Shown piece after piece: positions 1-9,304 of a stretch of 64,000 nt of DNA. Below the pieces are notes generated by a model. That model saw only the letters and a list, made by a program, of their open reading frames with translations, made no database searches and was not told the origin of the DNA. This DNA comes from Micavibrio sp. (GTDB taxonomy: Bacteria; Patescibacteriota; Minisyncoccia; Moranbacterales; GCA-2747515), in the NCBI GenBank assembly GCA_020718085.1, contig DYDB01000005.1, positions 4,109 through 68,108 on the forward strand, in the 5' to 3' direction. Numbering within the stretch: the first letter of the stretch is position 1; each line of letters begins with the position of its first letter. Position numbers and translations under genes: made by a program.

Positions 1-1220
1 GGCACCGAGCTATTATCTTTATGATGAAATTGATCATAGTCATATCTGGCAAGACTGTGATCAGCTGTAAGAAAAATATACTCCGATTTTTCAATAAAAT
101 GTCTTAATTTTTTCCCTCTCAATTTTCTTATTGCATAAATTGCGGCAATATCATGTCGCAACGAGGCTTGCGTCTTGTCTTTTTTGCCGTAGGTCATCAG
201 ACGACTTTCTTCATCAATTCCTATCAAAACATCATTCTCACTGAAAGCATAGTCAATATCAATACCCAGCGCATTTAACTTCTCATCTATTTTTTCAATC
301 TCCAAAAAGATACTTGACTTTGTATATCCTTTTCTACACAAAACCGAATACATGGAATTAACTTTAGTCTGAGAATTATAAATACCGTAGTCGCTTAAAA
401 AGCCTTTTAGTTTTCTAATAATCTCATCCTCTGTGAAAGAAAAAATTCTTAGGTCGCAGCCAAAATCTTTAAGTATCGCAAAAATCTCTTGTGCTGGTTT
501 GTTATAGAAATCTTCATGAAAGCCCAATACGCTAAAAACCATGTTTGTATCAAGATACACGACAAGTTTATTGAATTTTGCCTTTGATTCATACCCTCTA
601 ATTAGAAGGGATCTTGAAAGAATACTTCCGTATAAAATAGACTTTAATCTTTTGAAATTAACAGGATCTGATTTCTCAGCATGCATGAAGTACTTTGCAA
701 CTTCAACCTGTAATTCATCGTTTATGTCATTTTTTGATGCATTGTCGTCACCTTCCAGATACAAAATGGCATTATGAGAATTTTTTTCAATAAAAAAACT
801 TATAGCTTTTTCAATTTGATGAATATCGTGTTCCATCTCAAATTCATCATCAAATTGTTTTTTTATATTCATAATGAGAGCCTCTTTTTCTCTTTCGGCA
901 TCTCTAAACTTTTCACATATGGCAACCTTTTCTTTTCTGCCATCATCAAGTAATTTGATTGATTTTATTGAGCTATTACGAATGTCATCAAGATAGACAA
1001 GATGCCTCTTGTGAAGTCGTTTTATTATTGTTCTAACAATATCTTCAGGCACATCAAAGCCTATTTCATCATGAATGATTTTTTGCACATCACAAATAGA
1101 TACCGCAGTATTATCAGATAAATGCTTTAATACTAGACTAGAAAAGACACTGATGACATCATTGCCATTATCATAAAATGATCTTATGGCGGCTAGTGTT
1201 GTGATTTTATTATTAGACAT
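1..1220 (-). CDS. PIN-like domain protein, 3' end truncated by window edge (not in ORF track)
   Basis: Open frame from ATG at 1220 (MSNNKITTLAAIRSF...) with VVYLDTN, RHD and FLTADH motifs typical of PIN-fold nucleases. Confidence 0.7.
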   Translation of the reverse strand, partial: MSNNKITTLAAIRSFYDNGNDVISVFSSLVLKHLSDNTAVSICDVQKIIHDEIGFDVPEDIVRTIIKRLHKRHLVYLDDIRNSSIKSIKLLDDGRKEKVAICEKFRDAEREKEALIMNIKKQFDDEFEMEHDIHQIEKAISFFIEKNSHNAILYLEGDDNASKNDINDELQVEVAKYFMHAEKSDPVNFKRLKSILYGSILSRSLLIRGYESKAKFNKLVVYLDTNMVFSVLGFHEDFYNKPAQEIFAILKDFGCDLRIFSFTEDEIIRKLKGFLSDYGIYNSQTKVNSMYSVLCRKGYTKSSIFLEIEKIDEKLNALGIDIDYAFSENDVLIGIDEESRLMTYGKKDKTQASLRHDIAAIYAIRKLRGKKLRHFIEKSEYIFLTADHSLARYDYDQFHHKDNSSV

Positions 1221-1334
1221 AAAAACTTACCAACAAATTAAAACCTCAATATCCAATGATATGAACTAATCGTATACCTACACAATTAAGTTCTTTAGTA
1301 TATAATATCAAATATACACAAATATACTAATGCA

Positions 1335-1607
1335 ATGAAAAAAACGTCACAGAAGCGCAAAATAAGCGTTTCAGGAGTCAATGAGAGGATGATTGGCAAA
1401 ATTAGAAATGTTTCTGAGCAATACGGGATCAGTAAGCCAGAATTCACCATACATACTCCGAGTCCGGATGGCAAAATTCACTATAACTTCTTTTACTCAG
1501 CCAAAATGCCACCAATAGACTTCGGACCAAACAAACAGTCACTTGAAGTTGAAGTCTCTTCTGCTGAACAAGATAACGATAATTTATTGCATTTGTTATT
1601 ATCCTAA
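1335..1607 (+). CDS. Hypothetical protein (weak ribbon-helix-helix-like N-terminus)
   Basis: 90-aa ORF divergent from the PIN gene and followed by a terminator; KISVSG...helix...GIS pattern. Confidence 0.55.
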   Translation: MKKTSQKRKISVSGVNERMIGKIRNVSEQYGISKPEFTIHTPSPDGKIHYNFFYSAKMPPIDFGPNKQSLEVEVSSAEQDNDNLLHLLLS

Positions 1608-1627
1608 AAAACTCTTTCGATATGCAA

Positions 1628-1658
1628 CAAAAAGAGGCTCGTTTAAAGCCTCTTTTTT
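1628..1658. terminator. Bidirectional intrinsic terminator
   Basis: aaaaagaggc-tcgtttaaa-gcctcttttt between convergent genes. Confidence 0.7.
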
Positions 1659-1668
1659 CAAGCATTTC

Positions 1669-2862
1669 TTATAGTTTACGTTCTAGCACATCAATTCTGA
1701 CGATATTACTACACAGTTTCCACGCAGACTGATCTTTTCCTAGCTTTGTGGGATTATGTATCTCCTTTGCCCGCTCACCAATGGTTGCAGCCAGATCAGC
1801 AGATAGTGAACGAAATGTTTTAATTGGATCAGCTTTCCAAACTACCAAATTGCCTTCGACTTTAACCAAGTTACGAAATGCGGCTAAGACTGGATAAATG
1901 AACGCACTTGGAATCCTGTAATTTGCCTTGTCGGAAATAAAAATCATTTCCTCTCTATGCATTTTTGGTCGATTATTGATTTGAACAACTCCCGTTATGC
2001 CACCAAACTTACCATTCGTAGCTTTGTTATATGCATCAGGTAATTCCTTGTATATTACATCTCGCAATTCAAGTATTTTTGGGATTAGAGGAATAAATTT
2101 CTTCAACTCGGCGCGACGGTTCTTGAAGTGTTCTACGACACCTGATTTCTGGTTATATGCCATCACAGGATGTTTTTCATGATCAAAGTGATCAACATCA
2201 AAACATATCAAGTAAGACAAAATATCCTTAATGTCAACATCCTTCACCTCGCCTTTATCATCTAGCTCATATTCTTTGTATGCAATTCTGTTGGCATATG
2301 GCTTATCCTTAAGAACTTGTTTAATCTCTTCAAAGTGCTGCTTCAACTCTTCGAGACCAATAGCTTGAACTTGTGCGGATGTATTTCGTGCCAATACAAT
2401 CTCAACAGCAGTATCCAAGTCATCAATGCCCTCAATAATCTCCAAGCGAATACAAGCGTTTATATCATTCAACTCATCGGGATCTACGCTTCGAATGTAG
2501 TTTTGAATTACACGATATGTATGACCTCCATCAAGTAAGCCATGCCGTGTTTGGTCAGAAAAATATATGTCCAGCGTGTTAGTTTTGTTGTCGAACAATG
2601 CCTTTTCCACCAATAATGTTATACCTCGATTTCGGAAGAAAAATTGTTCTGGGTTATCCTCTAAAGATTTTTCAATCTTTTTGCTTACACCAGAAGTAAC
2701 CTTTGGATCTCTAGGATTTATTTTCCTCCACTCCTCAATTTCGATTGGCAAACTTTTTACCTCAGCAACTGCAATGTACGATCGAGCCACTGATTCATCG
2801 AAAGGACTTTCAATGCGTCGAAATGATTCAACTGGAATTTTAATTACCGTGCTTTTTTGCAT
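1669..2862 (-). CDS. AIPR family (abortive infection phage resistance) protein
   Basis: PEQFFFRNRGITL, GLLDGGHT and ARNTSAQV motifs of AIPR/ParB-like fold. Confidence 0.85.
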   Translation of the reverse strand: MQKSTVIKIPVESFRRIESPFDESVARSYIAVAEVKSLPIEIEEWRKINPRDPKVTSGVSKKIEKSLEDNPEQFFFRNRGITLLVEKALFDNKTNTLDIYFSDQTRHGLLDGGHTYRVIQNYIRSVDPDELNDINACIRLEIIEGIDDLDTAVEIVLARNTSAQVQAIGLEELKQHFEEIKQVLKDKPYANRIAYKEYELDDKGEVKDVDIKDILSYLICFDVDHFDHEKHPVMAYNQKSGVVEHFKNRRAELKKFIPLIPKILELRDVIYKELPDAYNKATNGKFGGITGVVQINNRPKMHREEMIFISDKANYRIPSAFIYPVLAAFRNLVKVEGNLVVWKADPIKTFRSLSADLAATIGERAKEIHNPTKLGKDQSAWKLCSNIVRIDVLERKL

Positions 2863-2887
2863 ATATTTATGCTTAATTTAATTAACG

Positions 2888-3070
2888 GGGCACAAAAAAA
2901 ACGTGCCCAATCCGCACGTTTAGTAATAAATCTATGAATATATATCATTAGGTCATTGACTAAATGTTTGCTGAGATCACTCTACAGCCTCTGCAGTTTT
3001 CACTACCAGAGTCAGTGTGCGGAGCACCACTGATTGACATAATCTTATCACGAGTTTTTCACTTTGTCAA
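2888..3070 (-). promoter_or_regulatory. Sigma70 promoter, structured leader and premature terminator upstream of AIPR
   Basis: TTGACA(3070-3065)-17-TAAGAT(3047-3042); hairpin tcagtg.gtgc/gcac.actga; terminator aaacgtgc/gcacgttt plus U-run ~35 nt before the ATG. Confidence 0.6.
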
Positions 3071-3110
3071 ATTTGTTATCTTTACAAACTTTTCTAATTA
3101 TAGAAATATC

Positions 3111-3474
3111 AACCATTAGCAACCCTTTCATTTCAATATATCGAACTAAAAATGACACTTTTTTGCCATACTATACTGCAACCATTTGCAACCATGTCAA
3201 AAATGATCACAATACTCGAATCACCCTTTATTTTTCAGCAAAACTCAATTTCTGACACTCACCATTACTCACCATCTGATTGCATATTTTTTCAAAGAAA
3301 AAACCATGCTTTTTTCTTATTTTTATATATTCTACATTCCCACCATTATCCACCATTTGTTGTTGATTTAGTGGGATTGAAAATACTCTTTTTTTCTTTT
3401 ATTTTCAAGCAAAAAAGTTGTTTTTTGACTGTTCTCTATATCCACCATTTTCCACCATTATATTTTCACCATTT
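3111..3474. repeat. Five period-10 (A/C)ACCAT dyads spaced ~70-100 bp apart
   Basis: aaccattagcaacc 3111, gcaaccatttgcaaccat 3178, actcaccattactcaccat 3257, cccaccattatccaccatt 3339, tccaccattttccaccatt 3441. Confidence 0.65.
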
Positions 3475-3542
3475 AGGATCAAAAATGATCCGCAAAACTA
3501 ACAAAAGATGCGTCTTATCAGGGTGGTTTTTGCACACGCTAA

Positions 3543-4034
3543 TCAACTCCCGCATTTTTGCAAATATGCCTTATATTCAGTCGCATAAGAATCAGCGTAA
3601 TCTTTTTCTTCTTCGTATGTGTCATCACAATCAGCCCCGCTTACATTCATTTTTTTTAGCTTCTTCTTAGCTTCTTCACACTTTTCTTTAGCCTCATCTG
3701 GACGCTTCATAATATCGTCATATTTTTCCTTGGTATATTTAGCTTTGTTTGTTTCACAGTATGCAATATCAGCAACCTGTTCCTCACTGAGTGAGTTACT
3801 AGCATTCTCTGAAGTATTTTTTATATCTTCAATTTCACCACTTTGAGTGCTCACAATTTCTTCTTGCTTACTAATTTTTTCTTGCTGTTCTCTTACTTGG
3901 TTGTTTAATCTTTCAACCTCCTGAGACAATTCTTCATTCTTTGTAGCAACAGCTTGATTTGATCTGTAGGAATAAAATCCCATAGAAGAGAGCAGGCTAA
4001 TAAAAATGACTGTGAGTATTGCAATGGCTTTCAT
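3543..4034 (-). CDS. Secreted/membrane-anchored coiled-coil hypothetical protein
   Basis: N-terminal hydrophobic segment, heptad region, Cys-containing C-terminus. Confidence 0.75.
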   Translation of the reverse strand: MKAIAILTVIFISLLSSMGFYSYRSNQAVATKNEELSQEVERLNNQVREQQEKISKQEEIVSTQSGEIEDIKNTSENASNSLSEEQVADIAYCETNKAKYTKEKYDDIMKRPDEAKEKCEEAKKKLKKMNVSGADCDDTYEEEKDYADSYATEYKAYLQKCGS

Positions 4035-4123
4035 AAAATCTAAACTAATGATTATGCTATAAGTATTATTCGATGTGTAATAACGTTTAATTTTTGCATC
4101 ATAGCTTCAAACTGTTTAGTATA

Positions 4124-4690
4124 TTAGCTTTTATTAAAAATTGGATCTGACATAAATGGTCTTGCGCTAGTAAAAAATGCAACGCCATCTGGTAGATAAT
4201 AATCATACACTTGAGGTTTTGCCGTTCGATAATCAGACGAATTTTCCATGTTTTCACGATATATCATCTCGATCAACTTTCCCTCTGTTTTAGAGAAAAT
4301 AACAACTTCTCCTCTATTCAATAAGTTGGCGAAGTGATCCTGATATACCCCCATAAAAAAGCATTCACCATCTTCAAAATCTGCCATTATTTCATTCTTC
4401 GTAGTAATTGAAAGATGCGGATCATCTACATGCTTAAAATAAAAAGCAGCAAAGACATTTTCATCATTAAAGTAAGCGTTACATGTCCCAAGATCGTTTT
4501 TTAGTTTTATTTGCGTCGCTGTTTTTGAATTTCTCCCCATAGAAGAATTACGACGACTCTGAACGCTCATCGAAAAATCATCTGTTTTTTCATCGTGAGA
4601 GTTTTCATCTTTTTCTTTTTGTCGAGCAATTATATATCCAGTCACAAATGAAAGTATTAAGCTTCCCATAATCGCCAATATCTTCAACAT
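4124..4690 (-). CDS. Membrane-anchored hypothetical protein
   Basis: 188-aa ORF with N-terminal TM helix. Confidence 0.7.
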   Translation of the reverse strand: MLKILAIMGSLILSFVTGYIIARQKEKDENSHDEKTDDFSMSVQSRRNSSMGRNSKTATQIKLKNDLGTCNAYFNDENVFAAFYFKHVDDPHLSITTKNEIMADFEDGECFFMGVYQDHFANLLNRGEVVIFSKTEGKLIEMIYRENMENSSDYRTAKPQVYDYYLPDGVAFFTSARPFMSDPIFNKS

Positions 4691-4747
4691 ATATGCTTAT
4701 TTTAGCTTTTATTACATTGGTTTATTGTCATACACGTATGTTGCGTA

Positions 4748-4948
4748 TCAGATATTTTTAACTTTATTTTTTAAATTTTCAAAATCGTTTCTCAGTTTCC
4801 GGTTTTTTTCTTTTAATCGTTCAATATCTTCAAAAGCACGTCGTATTTTGATCCTTACACCTCCAAGCCACATCAATCCTCCTAACAGAGCAAGAGCTAA
4901 TATCGCCCACAATACATTACCTAAAATGAACTTTATGACCATTTCCAT
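4748..4948 (-). CDS. Small TM + coiled-coil protein
   Basis: 66 aa, one hydrophobic helix then a basic coiled coil; ATG directly after a terminator U-run. Confidence 0.6.
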   Translation of the reverse strand: MEMVIKFILGNVLWAILALALLGGLMWLGGVRIKIRRAFEDIERLKEKNRKLRNDFENLKNKVKNI

Positions 4949-4950
4949 AC

Positions 4951-5127
4951 AAAAAACGACTTAATAAATTAAGTCGTCGGGAAGATTTCGCTTGAGTGGA
5001 CGACCCGACGGGACTCACACTCAAAAAGCATTAAATGCTCCATCATGTGCATCGAGCCGCCCGCTAAAGGGCGTGATGGAGCCTTAAAAATCCGGATTAA
5101 ATCCGGTGCCTATTGAGTATGAGTCCA
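4951..5127 (-). ncRNA. Candidate structured cis-regulatory RNA ending in a terminator
   Basis: 14-bp P1 (5126-5113 with 5024-5011), nested stems, terminator acgactt/aagtcgt + U6; promoter-like TTGTAT-17-TACGTT immediately upstream. Confidence 0.6.
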
Positions 5128-5287
5128 CATATAACGTAACATTTATTACATCAAAATACAACTTTTTGCGCCCGCCACATCCTTCTTATTTCTAAATAAT
5201 TAAAACATTGTTACAATGTACTCATGCAATCGCCAATCTTGCATATATATCTATATACTTATAGTTCGTACCCCTCTCCCTCTAATT

Positions 5288-7057
5288 ATGGATGATATAA
5301 AAAATCGCCAAAGGCCACTAAAAGTTGCCTTGTACATCCGCGTATCTACGGAAGAACAAGCTGAAAAATACGGACCAGAGCTTCAAAAAGATGCCCTGAA
5401 CGGCCTTATTAAGTCCAAAGGGCTTCTCCTGAACGGTAAACCATCGTACGTTTTAGCTGGTGAAAAATATATTTACTCTGATAGAGGCGTTAGTGGCACT
5501 ACGCTTCTTGATGAACGTCCGGAGTTTGCTCGTATGAAAGAGGACGTCTTATTGTCTTCTGAAGATAATAGGCCTTTTGATATTGTCGCCGTATATAAAA
5601 TTGATCGATTTGCTAGAAAACTTACTATACTTCTTGATATCATTGATTTTTTTGAAAGCTACAACATTGGATTTGTCTCTGCCACAGAGAGCATAGATAC
5701 ATCCACACCTTTCGGACGCGCGATATTGAATATCATTGGCGTTATTGCAGAATTGGAAAGAGAAACAATCAAACAACGCACCCAAGCCGGTCGCGAACAA
5801 GCTGCCAAAAGAGGTGTTCTTATGGGCTCATTTTCAGCATATGGTTATGTAAAAAACAATGAGAAGTTCCCTATAATCTTTGAAGAAGAAGCAAAAATCG
5901 TACGTGAAATTTTTGATCTTTTTGTGAATCAAAAGAGATCCGCATATGAAATTGCACAACAGCTTACCTCTAACAAAATACTTTCCAAAGAAGCATCCGC
6001 CGTACAGCATGAAAAGAAAAAAGGTGATATAAAAAAGAAAACCAACATCTTCTTTTGGCGCGATGAAGCAGTGCGCAACATTCTTCGAGATGAAATATAT
6101 ATCGGAAAACTCTATTACAACAAAGGCACGAGAGGTAAAATTGCACCGAAAGAACAATGGAAACTTGCTGAATATGAAGTGCCCCCGATTATTGATGAGC
6201 TTACATTTGAAAAAGCTCAGAGCCTCTTGGAAACATCAAAACATGAGAAAAAACATACGAGAAGTAATCATACATACCTTCTCAGTGGCCTTTTGCGTTG
6301 TGATTCATGTTTTGATGAGTCACAGGATGTGCGAGGTCGCACTCATTGGAACGGTGATCGAAAGAAAGTCAAAAAATCTGGCAGATTTACTTATTCCTAC
6401 AAGTGTGGTCGCAAAAATCCTTCAAAACATGAAAAAAGATGTCACACAATCCCTCTTCCTGCCCATGAAATCGAAAAGTATATCATCGATTTTTGCAAAA
6501 AACTTATTAAAAATCCTGTTGCCGTCTACAATCACCAAATTAAATTACGCTCATCCAAAACGGCAATCAAACATCTTAAAAACAAGGAGGATGAGATCCG
6601 TAAGGCGCTTAGAGCTCTTCCAATCCAAAAAGAACGCCTTTTAGAACAACACCAACATGGCTATATGGATAGCAAAACGCTGGATAAGCGCATCAGGGAT
6701 ATACATACACGCGAATCTGAGTTGAAAAAAAGACAGAATGAGCTTAAAAAGGAGATCTCCCAAAATATACTATCCGAAGAATACAATAAAACTCTACAAT
6801 TATTCTCTGAAAAATATAAGAATGACATTGAAAAAATACTCGTTGATCGATCAAAAACCTATGAATTGGTCCACCTTCTCATTGAAGAAATTATTGTATA
6901 TTCACGCCCAGTGAAAGATACTGACAAAATCGCCGGAATACGAAAAAAGGATCAAAAGATCCCTTTCCGTATTCATATTAAGTTGAAGTTACCCCAAGAG
7001 ATTCTACAGGACCTTACGGACCAGTTCGGGGTAAAAAATACTCCTTTGAGCGGGTGA
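5288..7057 (+). CDS. Large serine recombinase (resolvase + recombinase + Zn-ribbon/coiled coil)
   Basis: ALYIRVSTEEQ catalytic Ser, YKIDRFAR, LLSGLLRCDSC...YKC; likely start at MDDIK. Confidence 0.95.
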   Translation: MDDIKNRQRPLKVALYIRVSTEEQAEKYGPELQKDALNGLIKSKGLLLNGKPSYVLAGEKYIYSDRGVSGTTLLDERPEFARMKEDVLLSSEDNRPFDIVAVYKIDRFARKLTILLDIIDFFESYNIGFVSATESIDTSTPFGRAILNIIGVIAELERETIKQRTQAGREQAAKRGVLMGSFSAYGYVKNNEKFPIIFEEEAKIVREIFDLFVNQKRSAYEIAQQLTSNKILSKEASAVQHEKKKGDIKKKTNIFFWRDEAVRNILRDEIYIGKLYYNKGTRGKIAPKEQWKLAEYEVPPIIDELTFEKAQSLLETSKHEKKHTRSNHTYLLSGLLRCDSCFDESQDVRGRTHWNGDRKKVKKSGRFTYSYKCGRKNPSKHEKRCHTIPLPAHEIEKYIIDFCKKLIKNPVAVYNHQIKLRSSKTAIKHLKNKEDEIRKALRALPIQKERLLEQHQHGYMDSKTLDKRIRDIHTRESELKKRQNELKKEISQNILSEEYNKTLQLFSEKYKNDIEKILVDRSKTYELVHLLIEEIIVYSRPVKDTDKIAGIRKKDQKIPFRIHIKLKLPQEILQDLTDQFGVKNTPLSG

Positions 7058-7121
7058 AGGGAATCGAACCCTCGTCCTCAGCTTGGAAGGCTGATATAAT
7101 AAGCCACTATACGACACCCGC
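7049..7121 (-). tRNA. tRNA-Gly(TCC), CCA not encoded
   Basis: gcgggtg acceptor stem, tcagc-ctTCCaa-gctga anticodon arm, ggttcgattcc T-arm. Confidence 0.95.
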
Positions 7122-7137
7122 TTGTAGTGCATGAGCA

Positions 7138-7842
7138 CTATCCAAAATTGTCAAAAATGATCTTTTCTTTCGGTACGTTCAGTTCTGTTAACACACCTTG
7201 CATCGCCGTGATAAACTCGCCCGTACCTACAACATAGTACATCTGATTTGTGATATCGTCAACATTTCTTGTGATCATTTCCGCATCAATCCGCCCTTTT
7301 TCTCCACTCCATTCACCCTCTTCACGTGTTAATGTATAAACTGTCTTATAGTGATCTAAAGAAATTTTTTCCAAATCTTCCCTCAAGGCAATATCGGCTC
7401 GTGTTTTATTGGAATAGATCACAATAATTGGACGAAATGATCTAATGTGTTCTTCTTGCTTAAGCATGGAGCGCACAGGTGTGATGCCCACGCCTGCAAT
7501 GATAAACGTGACCGGTTGATGTAAATTTTCTGGAATTGCCACATGTCCCAATGGACATTTGATCAATAATTCATCTCCCACCTGCATCGCACGCATGTTC
7601 TTTTTGAACGCGCTATCACTATCACGCATCACAAACATCAATCGATCTTCGCATGGCGCTGATGCAATTGACATTGCCCGCATACTGGGTTTTTCGTCAC
7701 GATTAACCGGACTCGTAAAATCCAAGAAGGCGTATTGACCGGCGATGAAGTCAAAATTATCCGGTTTTTCAAAAAAATATTGATATGTTTGCGGGGCAAT
7801 TTCATTACGCTCCAAAAGCGTAGATAGAGATTGGGTAATCAT
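7138..7842 (-). CDS. FAD-dependent oxidoreductase (ferredoxin-NADP reductase family)
   Basis: FIAGQY, RAMSIAS, IAGVGITP, EKIIFDNF motifs. Confidence 0.85.
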   Translation of the reverse strand: MITQSLSTLLERNEIAPQTYQYFFEKPDNFDFIAGQYAFLDFTSPVNRDEKPSMRAMSIASAPCEDRLMFVMRDSDSAFKKNMRAMQVGDELLIKCPLGHVAIPENLHQPVTFIIAGVGITPVRSMLKQEEHIRSFRPIIVIYSNKTRADIALREDLEKISLDHYKTVYTLTREEGEWSGEKGRIDAEMITRNVDDITNQMYYVVGTGEFITAMQGVLTELNVPKEKIIFDNFG

Positions 7843-7953
7843 TTTTTTATGTTAGTGAATAAATCAAGACATTTACTATCATAATGAATTTTTGCCACTT
7901 GCGCAATTCGCTTGATGTGCGTACACTAAATTCGTATCGATTTTTACAATCTT

Positions 7954-8709
7954 ATGGAAAAACATCATTTACATCATCACACAACTCATTGGAATTCATT
8001 TTGGTTTGGTTTTATGGTGGCGCTTGCAACCGTATTAGCCTGTCTTCTCATTCTTACGATCACAGAGCACATCTCATTTGATGTGGAAAAAGATCCATCT
8101 TATAAAAAAGCGGAAAAAACGATCTCTGATGAAAATACGGACTCCACACAGTCTCTTACGCAAGTTGTGACAGAACTTGGACTTGACGCCACAGAAATTC
8201 ATAATTGTGTCCTCAGCAAAACATATGCGGAAAAAGTGCAAAGCGATAATGATAGTGGCACAAACGCCGGTGTTAAAGGAACGCCACATAGCTTTGTATT
8301 GATCGATAATGCACTATATGAAATTCCCGGCAATTACGAGGAGGATGGCATTCGAGAGTTTTTTGATGACCTTCTTGCAGACAAAAAACCAAAAGCAAAA
8401 GACATCAGTAACAAAACAGATCTTGCACCAGTCACGAAAAATGACTGGAAACGCGGCAAAGATAATGCGCGTATCACCGTAATAATCTACTCTGACATGG
8501 ATTGCCCTCACTGCAAAACATTTCATACAACCGTTTCCAATATGATGCCAGACTATACTGATACTGTTCGTTGGGTTTTTCGACATATGCCCGTTGACAC
8601 GCTGCACCCGAATGCGCGCGAAAAAGCAGAGACTGCTGAATGTGTTGGTAAAATTGGTGATTCAGAAAAATTTTGGGCATTTCTTGATAAAATGTACGCA
8701 CAAAAATAA
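7954..8709 (+). CDS. DsbA/BdbD-like thiol-disulfide oxidoreductase, apparently circularly permuted
   Basis: TM anchor; GVKGTP segment precedes the YSDMDCPHC and WVFRHMP segment. Confidence 0.8.
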   Translation: MEKHHLHHHTTHWNSFWFGFMVALATVLACLLILTITEHISFDVEKDPSYKKAEKTISDENTDSTQSLTQVVTELGLDATEIHNCVLSKTYAEKVQSDNDSGTNAGVKGTPHSFVLIDNALYEIPGNYEEDGIREFFDDLLADKKPKAKDISNKTDLAPVTKNDWKRGKDNARITVIIYSDMDCPHCKTFHTTVSNMMPDYTDTVRWVFRHMPVDTLHPNAREKAETAECVGKIGDSEKFWAFLDKMYAQK

Positions 8710-8798
8710 TCTGCCAAAAATATTTGGGATGAGGTTTTTGCTTTACAAAAGCGGATTTTGATGCTATTATCACAAATAATCGTATCAGAATCACTTTT

Positions 8799-9281
8799 AT
8801 GTTTTTTACCTCTTTTGTGCTATCTGTCGTTGATATTGTGGTTATTACCATTGCTCTGATCGCTTGCATGTGTGCAATCATTGCACTCATTAAAGTGTTT
8901 GCCTTTCAAAAAATGCTCACTGCATTGTGTGCTGGAAAAAAAGGAGCTGCATTAGAAAAAATAATCATACATAACAACGAACGTATCCGTGAATTTGATG
9001 CGGAAATCCATGAGTTGTTTGATATTTCCAATACGATTAACAAACAAGCTAATAAAGGACTGCACAAAATCGGACTTATCCGCTTCAATCCCTTTCGCGA
9101 TTACAGTGGCAATCAAAGTTTCGCCCTCGCCCTTCTCAATAGTAAAAACAATGGAATCATCATCTCATCCATACACACACGAGAAGGAACTCGCATTTAT
9201 ACCAAAGAAGTTCAAGGTAATGCTCCTGTGAACAACGAGTTTACTGCTGAAGAAAAAGAAGCAATCGCAATTGCAAAATAA
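8799..9281 (+). CDS. DUF4446 family membrane-anchored protein
   Basis: KIGLIRFNPF...QSFALALL...GIIISSIHTRE...YTK pattern. Confidence 0.8.
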   Translation: MFFTSFVLSVVDIVVITIALIACMCAIIALIKVFAFQKMLTALCAGKKGAALEKIIIHNNERIREFDAEIHELFDISNTINKQANKGLHKIGLIRFNPFRDYSGNQSFALALLNSKNNGIIISSIHTREGTRIYTKEVQGNAPVNNEFTAEEKEAIAIAK

Positions 9282-9304
9282 TTTACTAAATCATATTTAA
9301 TATA

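Larger units (their letters stand above)
1..7057. mobile_element. Integrated element/genomic island (right end) at tRNA-Gly
   Basis: Large serine recombinase overlapping the tRNA 3' end; defence-type and ORFan cargo; left boundary lies outside the window. Confidence 0.75.

Noticed and set aside
3111-3474. CRISPR array
   Set aside because: Repeats are short and degenerate, spacing varies from 70 to 100 bp, and no cas genes are in the window
3152-3670. 172-aa plus-strand ORF
   Set aside because: Phe/His-rich read-through of the repeat region; overlaps a better minus-strand gene
6063-6644. 193-aa alternative-frame ORF in the recombinase
   Set aside because: No motif or start signal; shadow ORF
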